From Deferribacterales bacterium (GTDB lineage: Bacteria; Chrysiogenota; Deferribacteres; Deferribacterales; Geovibrionaceae): a DNA stretch of 64,000 bases. The stretch spans positions 24,269 through 88,268 of the forward strand of contig JBFWJG010000002.1 of assembly GCA_050253335.1 (NCBI GenBank), in the 5' to 3' direction. Below the pieces are notes generated by a model that made no database searches, was not told the origin of the DNA, and worked only from the letters and a program-made list of their open reading frames with translations. This document shows, one piece after another, positions 62,785-64,000 of the stretch; within the stretch, counting starts at the first letter, position 1; every line of letters starts with the position of its first letter. Made by a program: the position numbers and the translations under genes.

Positions 62785-62814
62785 TTAACTCCTGTGTCGC
62801 TGGAGGACACACAA

Positions 62815-63717
62815 ATGTTTCAGACTACACTCAATAACAGAATTACATTTGAAGGCATAGGGCTTCACTCAGGGGAAACCATTCAGGTTGTTGTAAACCC
62901 TTCATATTCCGAGACGGGCATCATGTTCCGCCGTGCGGATATTCAGGGCTCCTCATATACCAAAGCCAGCCCTTACACTGTGACCTCCACACAGCTCGCC
63001 ACAAGCATAAACTGCGGCAAAGGGAGCATCTCCACCATTGAGCACCTTATGGGCGCTCTTTACGGTCTCGGTGTGGATAATGCCCTTGTTGATGTTTACG
63101 GAACAGAAGTGCCCATACTTGACGGAAGCGCTTACCCCTTTGTCGGCATGATAAGGGAAGCGGGCGTCAAGGAACTTAACATAAAAAGGAAATACCTTAA
63201 ATTTAAGAAAAAAATCATCATCGAAAAAGGCGACAAATGGATAGAGCTTATCCCCTCGCGCTTCTTCAAGGTGACTTTCGGCATCTCATTTGATGACAAC
63301 TTCGTGCAGGAGCAGAAGGCATACTTCAACTTCTCCGACGGAGGCTTCATTGAAGATGTTTCAAAAGCCAGAACCTTCGGCTTCAAAAAAGACGTTGACG
63401 CTCTCCATGCCATGGGTCTTGCAAAAGGCGGCAGCCTCGAAAACGCGGTTGTTGTGGACGGAAGCGGTGTTCTGAACCCCGAAGGGCTCAGATATTCGGA
63501 TGAGTTCGTGCGCCACAAAATTCTTGACCTTCTTGGAGACATCTCCCTGATAGGCTACAGGTTTTACGGCCACGTAAGGGCTTACAAATCAGGCCACATG
63601 CTCAACAACATTTTCGCAAGAACATTACTTGAATCTACGAACTGCTATTCCATTATAGAACAGCCGGAAACTCCGGCCTTCGGTTCACTGCTTGAACTGA
63701 AACCACAGGGGATTTAA
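62815..63717 (+). CDS. lpxC: UDP-3-O-acyl-N-acetylglucosamine deacetylase
   Basis: GIGLHSG, TIEHLMGAL, PILDGSA, ARTFGF, HKILDLLGD; start MFQTT after ggagg. Confidence 0.98.
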   Translation: MFQTTLNNRITFEGIGLHSGETIQVVVNPSYSETGIMFRRADIQGSSYTKASPYTVTSTQLATSINCGKGSISTIEHLMGALYGLGVDNALVDVYGTEVPILDGSAYPFVGMIREAGVKELNIKRKYLKFKKKIIIEKGDKWIELIPSRFFKVTFGISFDDNFVQEQKAYFNFSDGGFIEDVSKARTFGFKKDVDALHAMGLAKGGSLENAVVVDGSGVLNPEGLRYSDEFVRHKILDLLGDISLIGYRFYGHVRAYKSGHMLNNIFARTLLESTNCYSIIEQPETPAFGSLLELKPQGI

Positions 63718-63726
63718 GAGATCGTA

Positions 63727-63759
63727 CCCGAAAGCAGCTTATAACCGGCTGCTTTCGGG
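63727..63759. terminator. Hairpin downstream of lpxC
   Basis: cccgaaagcagc-ttataaccg-gctgctttcggg. Confidence 0.6.
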
Positions 63760-63777
63760 GAGAGTCTCGACTTAACA

Positions 63778-63872
63778 ATGCCAAATTCTCCATCCGTGGG
63801 AATTTGGCATACACGTTCGCGCCGCATGAAATGCGGCTTCACTACGCGCGGCGGGTTCCCTCATGGGAACCT
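63778..63872 (-). repeat. Three-hairpin element (family B), divergent full copy
   Basis: Minus strand ggttccc-atga-gggaacc; cgccgcgcgtagtgaag; gccgcat-ttc-atgcggc; gcgaacgtgt; atgccaaattc-ccacggatgga-gaatttggcat. Confidence 0.75.
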
Positions 63873-63918
63873 TTTCTTTTCTGCCTTCGCTTAAAAACAA
63901 AAAAGTATATATTTGCAT

Positions 63919-63962
63919 AAATCCTCCCCAGCCCTCCTTTAACATAAAGGAGGGTGTTTTGC
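63919..63962. repeat. Family C palindrome copy 3
   Basis: aaatcctccccagccctccttt-aacat-aaaggagggtgttttgc, close to the 58588 copy. Confidence 0.7.
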
Positions 63963-64000
63963 TTTTAACTGCAATACTTCCGCCTTTAACAAAGGGAAAT

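Overview
Core-chromosome window from a Gram-negative bacterium (lpxC, bamD, lgt present). Gene content and protein style suggest Deferribacterota (Geovibrio/Denitrovibrio-like); this is inference, not a database match. The window appears to span the replication origin. Gene orientation flips at ~29.6 kb. The AT-rich gap upstream of dnaN has DnaA-box-like 9-mers and a DnaA-trio-like tract, and four parS sites flank it, yet dnaA and parAB are absent from the window. Most genes are housekeeping (tsf, rpsB, lgt, fba, rlmE, rng, recR, serS, bamD, rimO, ribF, dnaN-recF-gyrB-gyrA, folD, mnmEG, rsmG, secA, hisBHA, pgpA-cinA-recA-pilT-recX, rplI, dnaB, lpxC). The most unusual signals are: (1) a dispersed ~95-100 bp three-hairpin element with conserved loops/linkers and compensated stems, found sense-oriented upstream of recA, pilT and ybaB-recR, and associated with tandem duplications and other REP-like palindromes; (2) a tandem two-domain Hfq gene next to the putative oriC; (3) an Ig-repeat/double-DUF1566 lipoprotein that looks like a possible remote DGR target; (4) several apparent pseudo-enzymes (PEP-utiliser-like lacking the phospho-His beside an ADP-ribosylglycohydrolase, protoglobin-PsiE lacking the proximal His, RACo-like lacking ASKHA motifs). 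No CRISPR array, tRNA, rRNA, transposase, integrase or reverse transcriptase was seen.
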